This document shows, in pieces, positions 28,834 through 41,250 of a DNA stretch of 64,000 bases. A program made the translations under genes and the position numbers. The notes beneath the pieces are model-generated. The model had not been told where the DNA came from. It saw only the letters and a program-made list of their open reading frames with translations, and did no database searches. Each line of letters opens with the position of its first letter. Positions within the stretch are counted from its first letter, which is position 1. The stretch is from the human T2T-CHM13v2.0 reference genome, Homo sapiens, in assembly GCF_009914755.1 (NCBI RefSeq), contig NC_060945.1; one strand, written 5' to 3'.

Positions 28834-29494
28834 TGGATTAATAAGAATGCAAACATGGAAAAGTTCATATCATTTTTACCTGTTAAAGATTTCAGAAATT
28901 CTATTCAACAAGTAAAAGCTACATGTACTTACCAAGCTTAGTAAACATTTTAGATGAATTTTACTTTTCTGTTTGTTTAAGACAATTTTTAGGTAGAAAT
29001 ATAAGTCAAGTTAACAATCAAACTCATTTGATTGACTCATTTAAATGACTCGAATTAGCAGGGTTTCAAATAAAAATTAATGAAATTCTTCATAACCCTG
29101 TAGTCTTCCAAATCAAAATTTTCAAACATACTTTTCTCTCTTGCTCATCATACTTCACTCTCAATTTGTAGATTTTTAAATTCTGGAAGTGTTTCTGCTT
29201 CAGCAGTAGTTAATATTTACATCACCTTCAGGTAAACTTTAATGCAGTTTTCATGAGAAACCCATACATGTTTCATGTCTACAAAACTAAAAGACAGTTA
29301 TTATTTTACGAAGCATGGAATACCAAAAACAAAAACAATACCTTTTAAGTGACATCCTAGTGAATCTCCATTTGTCACGAGACCTCAAGCTTTCCAGTTC
29401 TGGCACAAAGTGATTACTCATACCATCACTTCAAAATGATGATTATCTTCATTTATTTTAGTTATATTGAACAAAATATACATTTAAAAAATCT

Positions 29495-30780
29495 AATTAC
29501 TAAATATTCTCCAACAAATATATACTTAGTATATACTATTAGTGATGCATGCTTTCAAATATTTGGACTATATCAATGAATGAAACAAAAAATTATTTGC
29601 CCTTAAGGAGCTTAGATTCTAACAGATGGATTCAGATGATTTTTATGCCTTATTTCGTAGGTTTAAAAGAGCAATGGGGAAAAGGGAAGAAGAGAGGGAT
29701 TGAAAATATTGAGAAGGTTGGGAGACTTAGCAATTTTAAGTAAGGTAGTGAGGGTAGGTTTTATTGGCAAAGTGATTTTTCAGCAGAGACTGGGAAAGAT
29801 GAACGTGGTATCCTGGAGGAAAGCCTCCCAGGCAGAGTTAAGCTGCTAACAAAAGTGCCCTTAGGCTGGAGTGGGCTTGTTTGATTAAGGAACAAAGAGG
29901 TCAGCATGGTTGCACTAGAGAGAAAAAATCAGATGGCGTAAGGAGATGAAATCAGAAAGATACGAGGCTAGGCAAAGGGGTACTCTATGTAATGAACATG
30001 ACCTGGCAGTACTGACATCTCCTGAGGGACTGTTAGAAGTGCAGACTCTTGTATCTTTTCTCAAGTCTATGAAATCTAGACTTCATTTTAACAAGATGAC
30101 CCGATATTTACATACACATTAAAGTTCCAGAAGCACTGATATAACACATTGTAAGATCGCACAGGACTTCAATTCTTTTTCTGGTTTTTAGAGGCAGTCC
30201 TTTGGGGTGTTTTGTGTAGAGTATAATGACCTGAAATATCTAGGATCACTCTAGCTACTATCTTGAGGAAAGAGTGCAATAAGGCGGAACAGTTCAGAGG
30301 CAATGGTGGTCTTCTAAATGAAAGACACACAGCACTCAAACCAGGCAGTTGAGGAGGGATGGGAAGAAGTTGTCAAATTCTAGACATATTTTAAAGGTAG
30401 TGTCCAGAGAATTTCCTTAGATGCGTAGGAACATGGAGGATAGGACATAGGGTGGAAATAAACGAAATAAAGAAACTGAAGCTGATTCTGACATTTTAGA
30501 CCTAAAATCTCAACTAAAAGTTGCCAAGATGGGAAAAACTAGGTGCATCTTGTTTGGTGAGTGGAAATCAGCCTTGTGAATTAAGACTTAAACTGATGTC
30601 TTTAATCCCGTAGAAATACCATGAAGGCAGTAGAAGATGGCTAAAGAGAGGTCTAGACTGTAGGTACAAATTTAAAAGTCACTTGCATTTGGATGCTTAA
30701 AGTCAGGATATTGTGAAGTCAACAGAGGAATAAATAAATGCAGAGAGGGGAAAGAAAAGGCCCATAGACTGAGCCATTGT
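29495..30780 (-). mobile_element. Long L2 remnant
   Basis: caacaaatat..., gcccttaaggagcttagattcta, aggatcactctagct, gagaggtctagactg..ggtacaaattt resemble antisense L2 motifs; boundaries approximate. Confidence 0.7.
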
Positions 30781-31060
30781 CTGGTTTATTTACATATTAG
30801 TATATATTTTCTTAAAGATGTTTGCTATATAATAATGAGTTACCTAAAGTGTGACTTTTCTAAATTTATGGGGAATTTTCTACATTGTGTTATGGCACTA
30901 CTAAAAATAATAAAAGAAAATATTGATATGAGTCTATGTTACTTGAAATATTTTTTAAGGGGAGATGTACCTCAAAAGATATTCCACAAGAAATGATCTT
31001 TCTCTTTATCCCACCCTCGCCCCTCCTACAAACACTGGATTACTTTAACTATACAAAAAT

Positions 31061-31500
31061 TTTCCTGCTTTCTCTTGTGGGCATTTAGTGCTATAAATTT
31101 TCCTCTACACGCAGCTTTAAATGTGTCCCAGAGATTTTGGTATGTTGTGTCTCTGTTCTCAATATGCAGCCATAAAAAAAGATGAGTTCATGTCCTTTGC
31201 AGGGACATGGATGAAGCTGGAAACCATCATTCTCAGTAAACTATCACAAGGACAGAAAACCAAACATTGCATGTTCTCACTCATAAGTGGGAGTTGAACA
31301 ATGAGAACACATGGACAGAGGGAGGGGAACATCACACACCGGGGACTGCCGAGGGGTGGGAGCCTGGGGAGGGATAACATTAGGAGAAATACCTAATGTA
31401 AATGACGAGTTGATGGGTGCAGCAAACCAACATGGCACATGTATACCTATGTAACAAACCTGCACATTGTGCACATGAACCCCAGAACTTAAAAGTATAA
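31061..31500 (+). mobile_element. Composite L1PA: 100-bp antisense ORF2 piece (31061-31161) fused to a sense 3' end (31163-31500)
   Basis: tttcctgctttctcttgtgggcatttagtgctataaattt is antisense ORF2; tatgcagccataaaaaa...aaagtataa is the sense 3' end. Confidence 0.88.
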
Positions 31501-31989
31501 TTTTTTTTTTCTTTTTTCTTCTTCTCTTCCCTATTGTGCTTGCTTTCTGTGTTGTGGAAAAATATATTACTGTGTATTTTTATGTATATTAGCAGACATC
31601 TTTTATAAGCAATGAGTAAAGGATTCATTTGGTCCAATGACATGAATCAATGACAGGTATTGCATTTTTCAAATGCTGTAGCATACCAGATATGAAGCTT
31701 CTTTGGATAACAGTTCTGATGGGATGGGTCTAAATTTCTCTTTTTAAGTACTCAGTGAGAGATAGCCCTTTTCCATTATAGTAGAGGCAGTTGTTCTGTA
31801 GGAGGACCTATAGATTTCTCAGAGGTTCAAGGTCATTGTAAATTAATTTCCACTTATGCTTCAAGGTGTTTATCCTGCAGCATTTCTTTGAAACTAGTTA
31901 TTTACAATTCCCTGGAAGTAACTGGATTTCCCTCTATCATACTACTCAACTTCACTGTTATAGAAAAACTTTAAGATAATCAGTATTTG

Positions 31990-34900
31990 TACTGGTTATC
32001 AAAGGGAATAATTCTAGTTTTTGCCCATTCAATGTGATATTGGCTGTGGGTTTGTCATAAATAGCTCTTCTTTTTTTGAGATGTGTTCCATCAATACCTA
32101 GCATTTTTAGAGTTTTTAACATGAAGGGATGTTGAATTTTTTCAAAGGCCTGCATCTATTGAGATTATCGTGGTTTTTGTCAATGGTTCTGCTTATGTGA
32201 TGGATTACGTTTATTGATTTGTGTATGTTGAACCAGATTTGCGTCCCAGAGATGAAGCTGACTTGATCATGGTGGGTAAGTTTCTTGATGGGTTGCTGGA
32301 TTCAGTTTGCCAGTATTTTATTGAGGATTTTCATACCGATGTTCATCAGGGATATTGGCGTGAAGCTTTCTTTTTCTGTTGTGTCTCTGCCAGGTTTTGG
32401 TATCAGGATGATGCTGGCTTAATAAAGTGAGTTAGGGGGAGTCCCTCCGTTTCAATTGTTTGGAATCGTTTCAGATAGAATGGTACCAGCTCCTCTTTGT
32501 AACTCTGGTAGAATTTGGCTGTGAATCTGTCTGGTCCTGGGCTTTTTTTTTGGTTGGTAGGCTATTAATTATTGCCTCAATTTCAGAACTTGTTATTGTT
32601 CTATTCAGAGATGTGACTTCTTCCTGGTTTGGTCATGGGAGGGTGTATGTGTCCAGGAATTTATCCATTTCTTCTAGATTTTCTAGTTTCTTTGCATAGA
32701 GGTGTTTATAGTATTCTCTGATGGTAGTTTGAATTTCTGTGGGATCAGTGGTGACATTCCCTTTATCTTTTTTATTGTGTCTACTTGATTCTTCTCTCTT
32801 TTCTTCTTTATTAGACTAGTTAGTGGTCTATCTATTTTGTTAATTTTTCAAAAAACCAGCTCCTGGATTCATTGATTTTTTGGAGTGTTTTTGGTGTCAC
32901 TGTCCCCTTCAATTCTTCTCTGATCTTAGTTATTTCTTGTCTTCTGCTAGCTTTGTGGTTAGTTTGCTCTTGCTTCTCTAGCTCTTTTAAGTGTGATGTT
33001 AGGGTGTCGATTTGAGATCTTTCTAGCTTTCTGATGTAGACAATTAGTGTTGTAAATTTCCCTCTTAACATTGCTTTAGCTGTGTCCTAGAGATTCTGGT
33101 ACTTCATCTCTTCATTCTCATTGGTTTCAAATAACTTTTTAATTTTTGCCTTAATTTCATTATTTACCCAGGAGTCATTCAGGAGCAGATTGTTGAATGT
33201 CCATTTAATTGTGTGGTTTTGAGTGAGTTTCTTAATCCTGAGTTCTAATTTGATTGCACTGTGGCCTGAGAGGCTGTTCGCTATGATTTCAGTTATTTTG
33301 CATTTGCTGAAGATTGTTTTACTTCCAATTACGTGGTCGATTTTAGAATAAATGCCATATGGAACTGAGAAGAATGAATATTATGATGATTTGGGGTGAA
33401 GAGTTCTGTAGATATCTATTAGTTTCACTTCATCCAGAGCTGAGTTAAAGTCCTGAATATCCTTGTTGATTTTCTGTCTTGTTGATTTGTCTAATATTGT
33501 CATTGGGGTGTTAAAGTCTCCCACTGTTATTGTGTGGGAGTCTAACTCTCTTTGTAGGTCTGTAAGAGCTTGTTTTATGAATGTGGGTGCTCCTGTATTG
33601 GATGCATATATATTTAGCATAGTTAGCTCTTCTCGTTGACTTGATCCCTTTAGCATTATGTAAGGCCCTTCTTTTGTATTTTTTGATCTTTGTTGGTTTA
33701 AAGTGTGTTTCATCAGAGACTAGGATTACAACTCCTGCTTTTTTTTTTCTTGGTAAATTTTCCTCCATCCCTTTATTTTGAGCCTATGTGTGCCTTTGCA
33801 CGTGAGATGGGTCTCCAGAATACAACACACTGATGGGTCTTGACTCTTTATCCACTTTGCCAGTCTGTGTCTTTTAATTGGGGCATTTAGTCTGTTTACA
33901 TTTAAGGTTAGTATTGTTATGTGTGAGTTTGATCCTGATCAAGAGTCATCATGATGCCATCTTGTTATTTTGCAAACTAGTTGATGCAGTTTCTTCACAG
34001 TGTCATTGGTCTTTATATTTTGGTGGTTTTTGCAGTGGCTGGTACCAGTTTTTCCTTTCCATATTTAGTGCTTCCTTCAGGAGCTTTTGCAGGGCAGGCC
34101 TGGTGGTGACAAAATCCCTCAACATTTGCTTATCTGAAAATGATTTTTTTTCTCCTTCAGTTATGATGCTTAGTTTGGCCGGGTATGAAATTCTGCATTG
34201 AAAATGCTTTTCTTTAAGAATGATGAATATTGGCCCCCAATCTCTTCTGGCTTGTAGCGTTTCTGCTGAGAGGTCTGCTGTTAGTCTGATGGGCTTCCCC
34301 ATGTAGGTGACCTGACCTTTTCCTGGCCTTAACATTTTTTTTAATTTTATTTCAATCTTGGAGCATCTGATGATTATGTGTCTTGGGGTTGACCTTCTTG
34401 CGGAGTATCTTAGTAGTGTTCTCTGTATTTTCCTAAATTTGCATGTTGGCCTGTCTTGCTGGGTTAGAAAGTTCTCCTGGATAATATCCTGAAGTATGTT
34501 TTCCTGCTTGTTTCCATTCTCCCTATCTTCTTCAGGTACTCCAATCAATCATAAGCCCAGTCTTTTTACGTAGTCCCATATTCTGTCATCACTCCTATTC
34601 CACATAGTATTGGAAGTTCAGGCCTGTGCAATCAGGCAAGAGAAAGAAATAAAGAGTATTCAAATAGGAAGAGAGGAAGTCAAATTGTCTCTGTTTGCAG
34701 ATGCTATGATTCTATATTTGGAAAACCCCATCATCTCAGCCCAAAATGCCCTTAATCTGATAAGAAACTTCAGCAGACTCTGAGGATAAAAAATTAATGT
34801 GGAAAAGTCACATATATTCCTTTACACCAACAGTAGACAAGCAGAGAGCCAAATCACAAATGAATTCCCATTCACAATTGTTACAAAGAGAATAAAATGC

Positions 34901-36615
34901 CTAGGAATATAGCTAACAAGGGAATGTGAAGTACCTCTTCAAGGAGAACTACAAACCACTCTCAAGGAAATAAGAGAGGACACAAAGAAATGGAAAAACA
35001 TTCCATTCTCATGGATAGGAAGAATCAATATTATGAAAATGTCCATACTGCCCGAAGTAATTTCTACTTTCAATGCTATTCCCATCAAACTACCATAGAC
35101 ATTCTTCACAGATTAGAAAAAAACTACTTTAAATTTCATAGGGAATCAAAGAAGACCCTGTATAACCAAGACAATCCTAAGCAAAAAGAACAAAGCTAGA
35201 GGCATCAAGCTACCTGACTTCAAAATATACTACAAGGCCACAGTAGCAAAAACAGCATGTTACTGGTATCAATACAGACATATAGACCAATGAACAGAAC
35301 AGAGACCTCAGAAATAACACCACACATCTACAACCATTTGATATTCTACAAACCTGACAAAACAAGCAATGGGGAAAGGATATCCTTTTCAATAAATGGT
35401 GCTGGGAAAACTGGCTAGCAATATGCAAAAAACTGAAACTGGACCCCTTCCTTACACCTTATACAAAAATTACCTCAAGATGGATTAAAGACTTAAATGT
35501 AAAACCCAAAACCATGAAAACCCTAGAAGAAAACCTAGGCAATGCAGTTCAAGACGTAGGCATGGGCAAAAACTTCATGACGAAAAGCCAAAAGCAATTG
35601 CAACAAAAGCCAAATTTGACAAATGGGATTTAACTAAAGAGTTTCTGCACAGCAAAATAAACTATCATCAGAGTGAACAGGCAACCTACAGAGTGGGAGA
35701 AAATGTTTGCAATTTACCCATCTGACAAAAGTCTGATATCCATAATTTACAAGGAACTTAAACAAATTTACAAGAAAAAAACAAACAACCCCATCAAAAA
35801 GTGGGCAAAGAATATGAACAGACACTTCCCAAAGAAGACATTTACGTGGACAACCAACTTACGAATAAAAGCTTAACATCACTGATCATTAGAGAAATGC
35901 AAATCAAAACCATAATGAGATACCATCTCACACTCGCCAGAATGTTGATTATTAAAAAGTCAAGAAACAATAGATGCCAGAGAGGTTGTGGAGTAATAGG
36001 AATGCTTTTACACTGTTGATGGGAATGTAAATTAGTTCAACCATCATGGAAGACAGTATGGAGATTCCTGAAAGATCTAGAACCAGAAATATAACTGGAC
36101 CCAGCAATCCCATTACTGCATATATACCCAAAGGAATAAAAATTATTCTACCCTAAAGACACATGCACACGTATGTTTATTGCAGCACTATTTACAATAG
36201 CAAAGTCACGGAGCCAACCCAAATGCCCATCAATGATAGACTGGATAAAGAAATTGTGGTACATAAACACCATGGAATACTATGCAGCCATAGAAAGGAA
36301 TGAGAACATGTCCTTTGCAGGGACATGAATGAAGTTGGAATCCATCATCCTCAGCAACTGACACAGGAACAGAAAACCAAACACCTCATTTGTTACTCAT
36401 AAGTGGGAGATGAACAATGAGAATACATGGACACAGGGAGGGGAAAGATACACACCAGGGCCTGTTGAGTGTGTGGGGGCAAAAGGAGGGAACTTAGAGG
36501 ATAGGTCTATAGGTGCAGCAAACCATCATGCCACATATATACCTATGTAATGAACCTGCACCTGTATCCTGGAAATTGAAGTAAAATAAATAAATAAATA
36601 AATAAATAAATAAGT
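31990..36615 (+). mobile_element. 4.6-kb 5'-inverted older L1PA (antisense 31990-~34582, sense ~34583-36615)
   Basis: ORF1 remnant 34003-34548(-) (IGVPE...RISYPAKLS) and endonuclease remnant 33381-33713(-); sense RT/3' UTR with (TAAA)n tail; 17-bp TSD aa(g/a)ataatcagtatttg (31973-31989 / 36616-36632). Confidence 0.95.
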
Positions 36616-38294
36616 AAAATAATCAGTATTTGGTCTTAGCTTTAAACTACTATACAGATTTTAAAATCTTAATGAGTTACAGTGCTTTTAAAATTTTTCT
36701 ACTAGAGTATTTTCTATGATTACACTATTTCTAACATAAATGCCCAAAGAAAAAAGACTATCATTTCTAAATGACTATATTTCATATGATAAAGGAGAAA
36801 TTGACTATAAAATTCATCTGACTATGTTAAATGAAACTGCAGTAAACTTATGAATTGCAAAAAAGAAGAAAAGTAATCCACACTAATTCCATATTTTCAG
36901 TGAAAGAAAATTTGTTCTGATTTGCATGTTGTGGAAAGGTTTCTGTATGTTAAAATTCAAATAAGAATATCTTGGACTGTGTTCATTGCACCCATAAAGA
37001 GAACCATAGCTAAATTAGGATGTTGTATGTAATTACATTCTTAATGATTTTAAACCATGTAGATCAAAGTATACAGGCACTAAGCTAAGAGAAAAATTAA
37101 GCAAAATAACAATTTTAGGTAAAATTACTTGTCTGCTAGAAACCTCCTCACTTATCTTAAGATGAAGACACAAATTCATACATAATTCTATACTCAGCCT
37201 GGTCTCTGCTATATGTTAAGGAGAACTTCTATGCAAATACTTTTTTTAATTTTTCAATAAAATTAATGAGCTTTTCTGTGCATGCATAATTTTATGAATC
37301 AAATAAATAGTACAAATAAATGATATTAATTTATGTAAGAAAAATGTTTGTGAGTAGTGAGAAAACAAATATGAATATTTCATGAGTGTTTTATAGGAGT
37401 TTAATCCACGGGAGGAGAATGAAAGTATTCATAGTGCCCAGAAACTTAAAAAAAAAAAAATTAGAGCTCATCTGACTGCTCAAACATACACTCTTAAGGC
37501 AAATTTAAAATTCAATGTACATATGATGTTTGCTAGAATGTAGCTTTTAAGTCCCTAATCCCAGTGAAGAATTCTTGTGGGCTCTCATGCACATTTTGAG
37601 AGTGAATTTTATTGATAGCGCATTTTAGATGACATTTAAATATAATAACTATAAAATTTTTGAAATTATGCCAACATATACTATTGTATTAAACATTATT
37701 TAACTTTTGGATTATTAAAACTACTTACTATAAACATTAAATATTTTATCTATTATAGTATATAAATGTCCTCAAAGGTTAAGGAGGGGTATAGAGCCAT
37801 TCCATTATTCACTCAATGGCTTAAGATGCTTATATCAGCAAGATTCTAATCTTCTATTTCAATAGTACCATCCTATATGGAGTGATGAATGCCGCAGACT
37901 GACATGTACAGATATGATTTCAGAGGCTGGTACTATCTTGGTTCTCATTGCTTTTACTTTATGTATAGATTATGGAGATAATATTATTAATTTTTCTTAT
38001 TTTTAGCATCTTGTATTCGTTCTTTTTCTGTGTATCAGTGTCTGTTCATCTTTCTTTTAATCTTTTAAACTAATGTACTGTTTTGATTTTTTAAACTAAT
38101 GCACTGCCTGATTTGCCTTTTTACAAAATCTCCATTGCACATAACAGTGTTATTTAAAGATGCACCTATTCCAGGGTATTTGAAAGATCAATCATCAGGG
38201 TACACAAAGATAAATCAGAAAATATTTTCAATTCATCTAATCAAATAATATAAATTACAATTTAAATAATCACACTGAATAAATGATTGACAAT

Positions 38295-38365
38295 ACTGTG
38301 TATATATACACATTATATATGTATATGTATGTATGTGTGTATATATATACTATTTTAATATATGC

Positions 38366-38396
<31 letters not shown>
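38295..38396. repeat. (TA)/(TG) compound microsatellite
   Basis: Directly visible. Confidence 0.85.
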
Positions 38397-38423
38397 CCTC
38401 ATGTGTCTTAATATCTTAGTCTC

Positions 38424-38705
38424 TTTTTATAAATTAGGAGACAGGGTTTCGCTCTATCACCCAGGCTGGGGTACAGTGGCACAATCATAGCTCACTGAAG
38501 CCTTCCAAAACCTGGGCTCAAGCGATCTTCCCACCTCAGCCTCCTGAGTAGCTGGGACTACACACGGCTAATTTAAAATTTTTTTCTTAGAGAAGAGGTC
38601 TTGCTGTGTTGCTCAGGATGGTCTCAAATTCCTGGCCTCAAGTGGTCCTCTTGCCTCAGCCTCCCAAATCACCGGGATTATAGGCATGAGCCACTGTGCC
38701 CTGCC
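38424..38705 (-). mobile_element. AluJ-like SINE
   Basis: caatcatagctcactg.agcct, cctgggctcaagcgatc (J-type). Confidence 0.88.
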
Positions 38706-38848
38706 TTAGCCTTTCTTTTCTGCCTTACCTCATATCTTTTCTCTACATAAATACTTGGCACTTTCATGTCTGTCCACTTATTATGTCCAATATGCATTTT
38801 ACTTTCTTACAGTCATGCATGAATTTGTGTTATTCCTCCTCCCCATCA

Positions 38849-38866
38849 TGTATGTATGTATGTATG

Positions 38867-38910
<44 letters not shown>
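38849..38910. repeat. (TATG)n(CA)n microsatellite
   Basis: Directly visible; about 20 CA units. Confidence 0.95.
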
Positions 38911-38911
<1 letters not shown>

Positions 38912-38912
38912 C

Positions 38913-39772
38913 TCCTGTCACCAAAGGGGATTCCCTTTTGTCTTTAATGTTAGAATACACAGTAGAAGTAGCACATGTTACACACAGGTTAAATGCTGCT
39001 TTTAATTTAAAGGGTGGGAGAAAGAAGTAGGAATATATATATATATAGGTCCAATATATTCCAAGCGTTTATATGAGAATTCATGAGATTCATTTTTAGT
39101 GGAAATAGTTTTCTCTTCCTTTGGTACCCTATAGGAACTATTGCTCATACAGGTATTTTGCCAGCTGCTCACTTGTTAAGCAGTATGACATCAGTCACGC
39201 CTCTCTGTCTTGACTGCACATTGGAGGGCCTGTTTACCGTTCATTTGGCTCTTTGAGTCTTCCATATCATTTGAGGTGAATAAATGGATTATCTAATTAC
39301 TGTTTGTTTACACTCAAATAAAACTAAATAGTTACTGTTTTCAAACATCTATAAATTATCAACATGTCCAGGTCAAATCAAATTAAACCATCTAAGCACA
39401 TTGATCGTTTTATTCTTTCTTTGGAATTTGTAGAAAGAGAATCCACAAGCTTTTCTGGGAAGTAATGTTATGTAGTTAGCTGTTCTTCAATATTAATTCT
39501 TAATGAACATGAGTAAACCTTCATTCTACTTACCAAGATTTTTAAAAAATTCCATTGCAACAATTTATTTTATTCTAAGTGCAGACATAAGTAGACATTT
39601 TAGTAAAATTAAAATAGTAGTTTCTCTTCCTCTAAAGCACAGTCTTAATTGTTACTACTTCTTTCTCCCACCCTTTAAATTAAAAGCAGCATTTAACAAC
39701 TGTGTAATATGTGCTACTTCTACTGGGTTATCTAACATTAAAGACAAAAGGGAATCCCCCTTGGTGACAGGA
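38913..39772. repeat. 118-bp inverted repeat (arms 38913-39030 and 39655-39772, 624-bp spacer)
   Basis: Manual reverse-complement alignment: 110/118 identical, no gaps. Confidence 0.95.
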
Positions 39773-40242
39773 CAAGCCTGTGCCGTTCTGGTAACGTGGG
39801 CTTGTCAATGAAAAATAAGATAAATTTCACATCACAGAGAAAATAATGGGCTTCATGACGCTGCTTCAACTTGGAAACCTCACCAGACATCTTCATCTCC
39901 ACAGTTTATTGTGACACAGAAACACATAGCAAAAAATGTAGGTTTAAGTTTCAAGGCCCATGATTTTCTGTCCATGGTAGTGTTGTCTTTTTTCCCCATC
40001 TATTGGTTGGGCCACTCATACTACATTCTTTATCTTCAACTCTTTCTTGACAAATGATTCTCACTTAATTCTACAAATATTTGTCCTGCCTACTCTATTT
40101 CTTGATGCTCAGATTCTGAATAGCTTTAAAGAACACTTCCTTTCTTTCGTTTTAGGATATAGTTTATTAGTGACTTTATCTCTTATGTTATGTAATTTTC
40201 AGGAGGTTTTTTATCTCCTCTGATTTATAAATGTGAACTGAC

Positions 40243-40275
<33 letters not shown>

Positions 40276-40345
40276 GTATGTACACACACATATATATTAT
40301 ATACACACATATACATATGTGTATATGTATATATACATACATATT
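40243..40345. repeat. (CA)n/(TA)n microsatellite
   Basis: Directly visible. Confidence 0.85.
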
Positions 40346-40559
40346 CTAACACAAATGACTTCCTGCTTGGTCATCTTAATTGAAATGATATATGTCCATT
40401 CATTTAATTTAACAAAAACTGAAAAGCACCTACTATGTTTAGGGAGATTTTAGAATTTTGAATTGCTAGAGATTCCATAGTGAAGAAAGTAATACAATGT
40501 CTTCATGGAATTTACATTGTCGGGGGGGAAGATGTATTTATAGATGCATCAATAGATAA

Positions 40560-41250
40560 AATATCAATTTATATATAATATATAATATATAAAATATATT
40601 ATATATTATAAATAAATATATAATATATACTATATATAGTATATATATTGTATATATATTGTATTGTGCATATAATTGTATATATAGTATAATATATACA
40701 ATATATTATATATTATATATAAATATATATATTATATATATTTAATATGTATTATATATTTATATATCATTTTAAAAATATAATATATATTACTTTATAT
40801 ATTATATAATATATATAATATATAATATATTACTTTATGTATTAAAATATAGTATTACTTTATATATAAAATATAGTATTACTTTATATATTATATAATA
40901 TATATAATATATAATGTATTGCATTATATATGAATAAACATTTCTATGAATTACATTATATATTATATAATATATAATATATATTACTTTATATATTATA
41001 TAATATATATAATATAATTTATACTATATATTATATATTATATATTATTATATATTATATATTATATTATATAATATATAATATATAAAAATATATAATA
41101 TATAAAAATAATATATACATATATAAAAATATAAATATATTTATAAATTATTATATATTTAATATATTATATTAAATATATATTATATATAATAACAAAA
41201 TATATATAGTTTATATATAATGTTTAATATATCAAAATTTATAATTTTAA
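40560..41250. repeat. About 690-bp (TA)-rich low-complexity tract within an L2-like remnant
   Basis: Almost entirely A/T; flanks (~40400-40555 and ~41255-41600) look like antisense L2. Confidence 0.92.

Noticed and set aside
34003-34548. 181-aa ORF as a domesticated gene
   Set aside because: It is the C-terminal part of L1 ORF1 in the inverted arm of a decayed L1, with a non-ATG start and no promoter.
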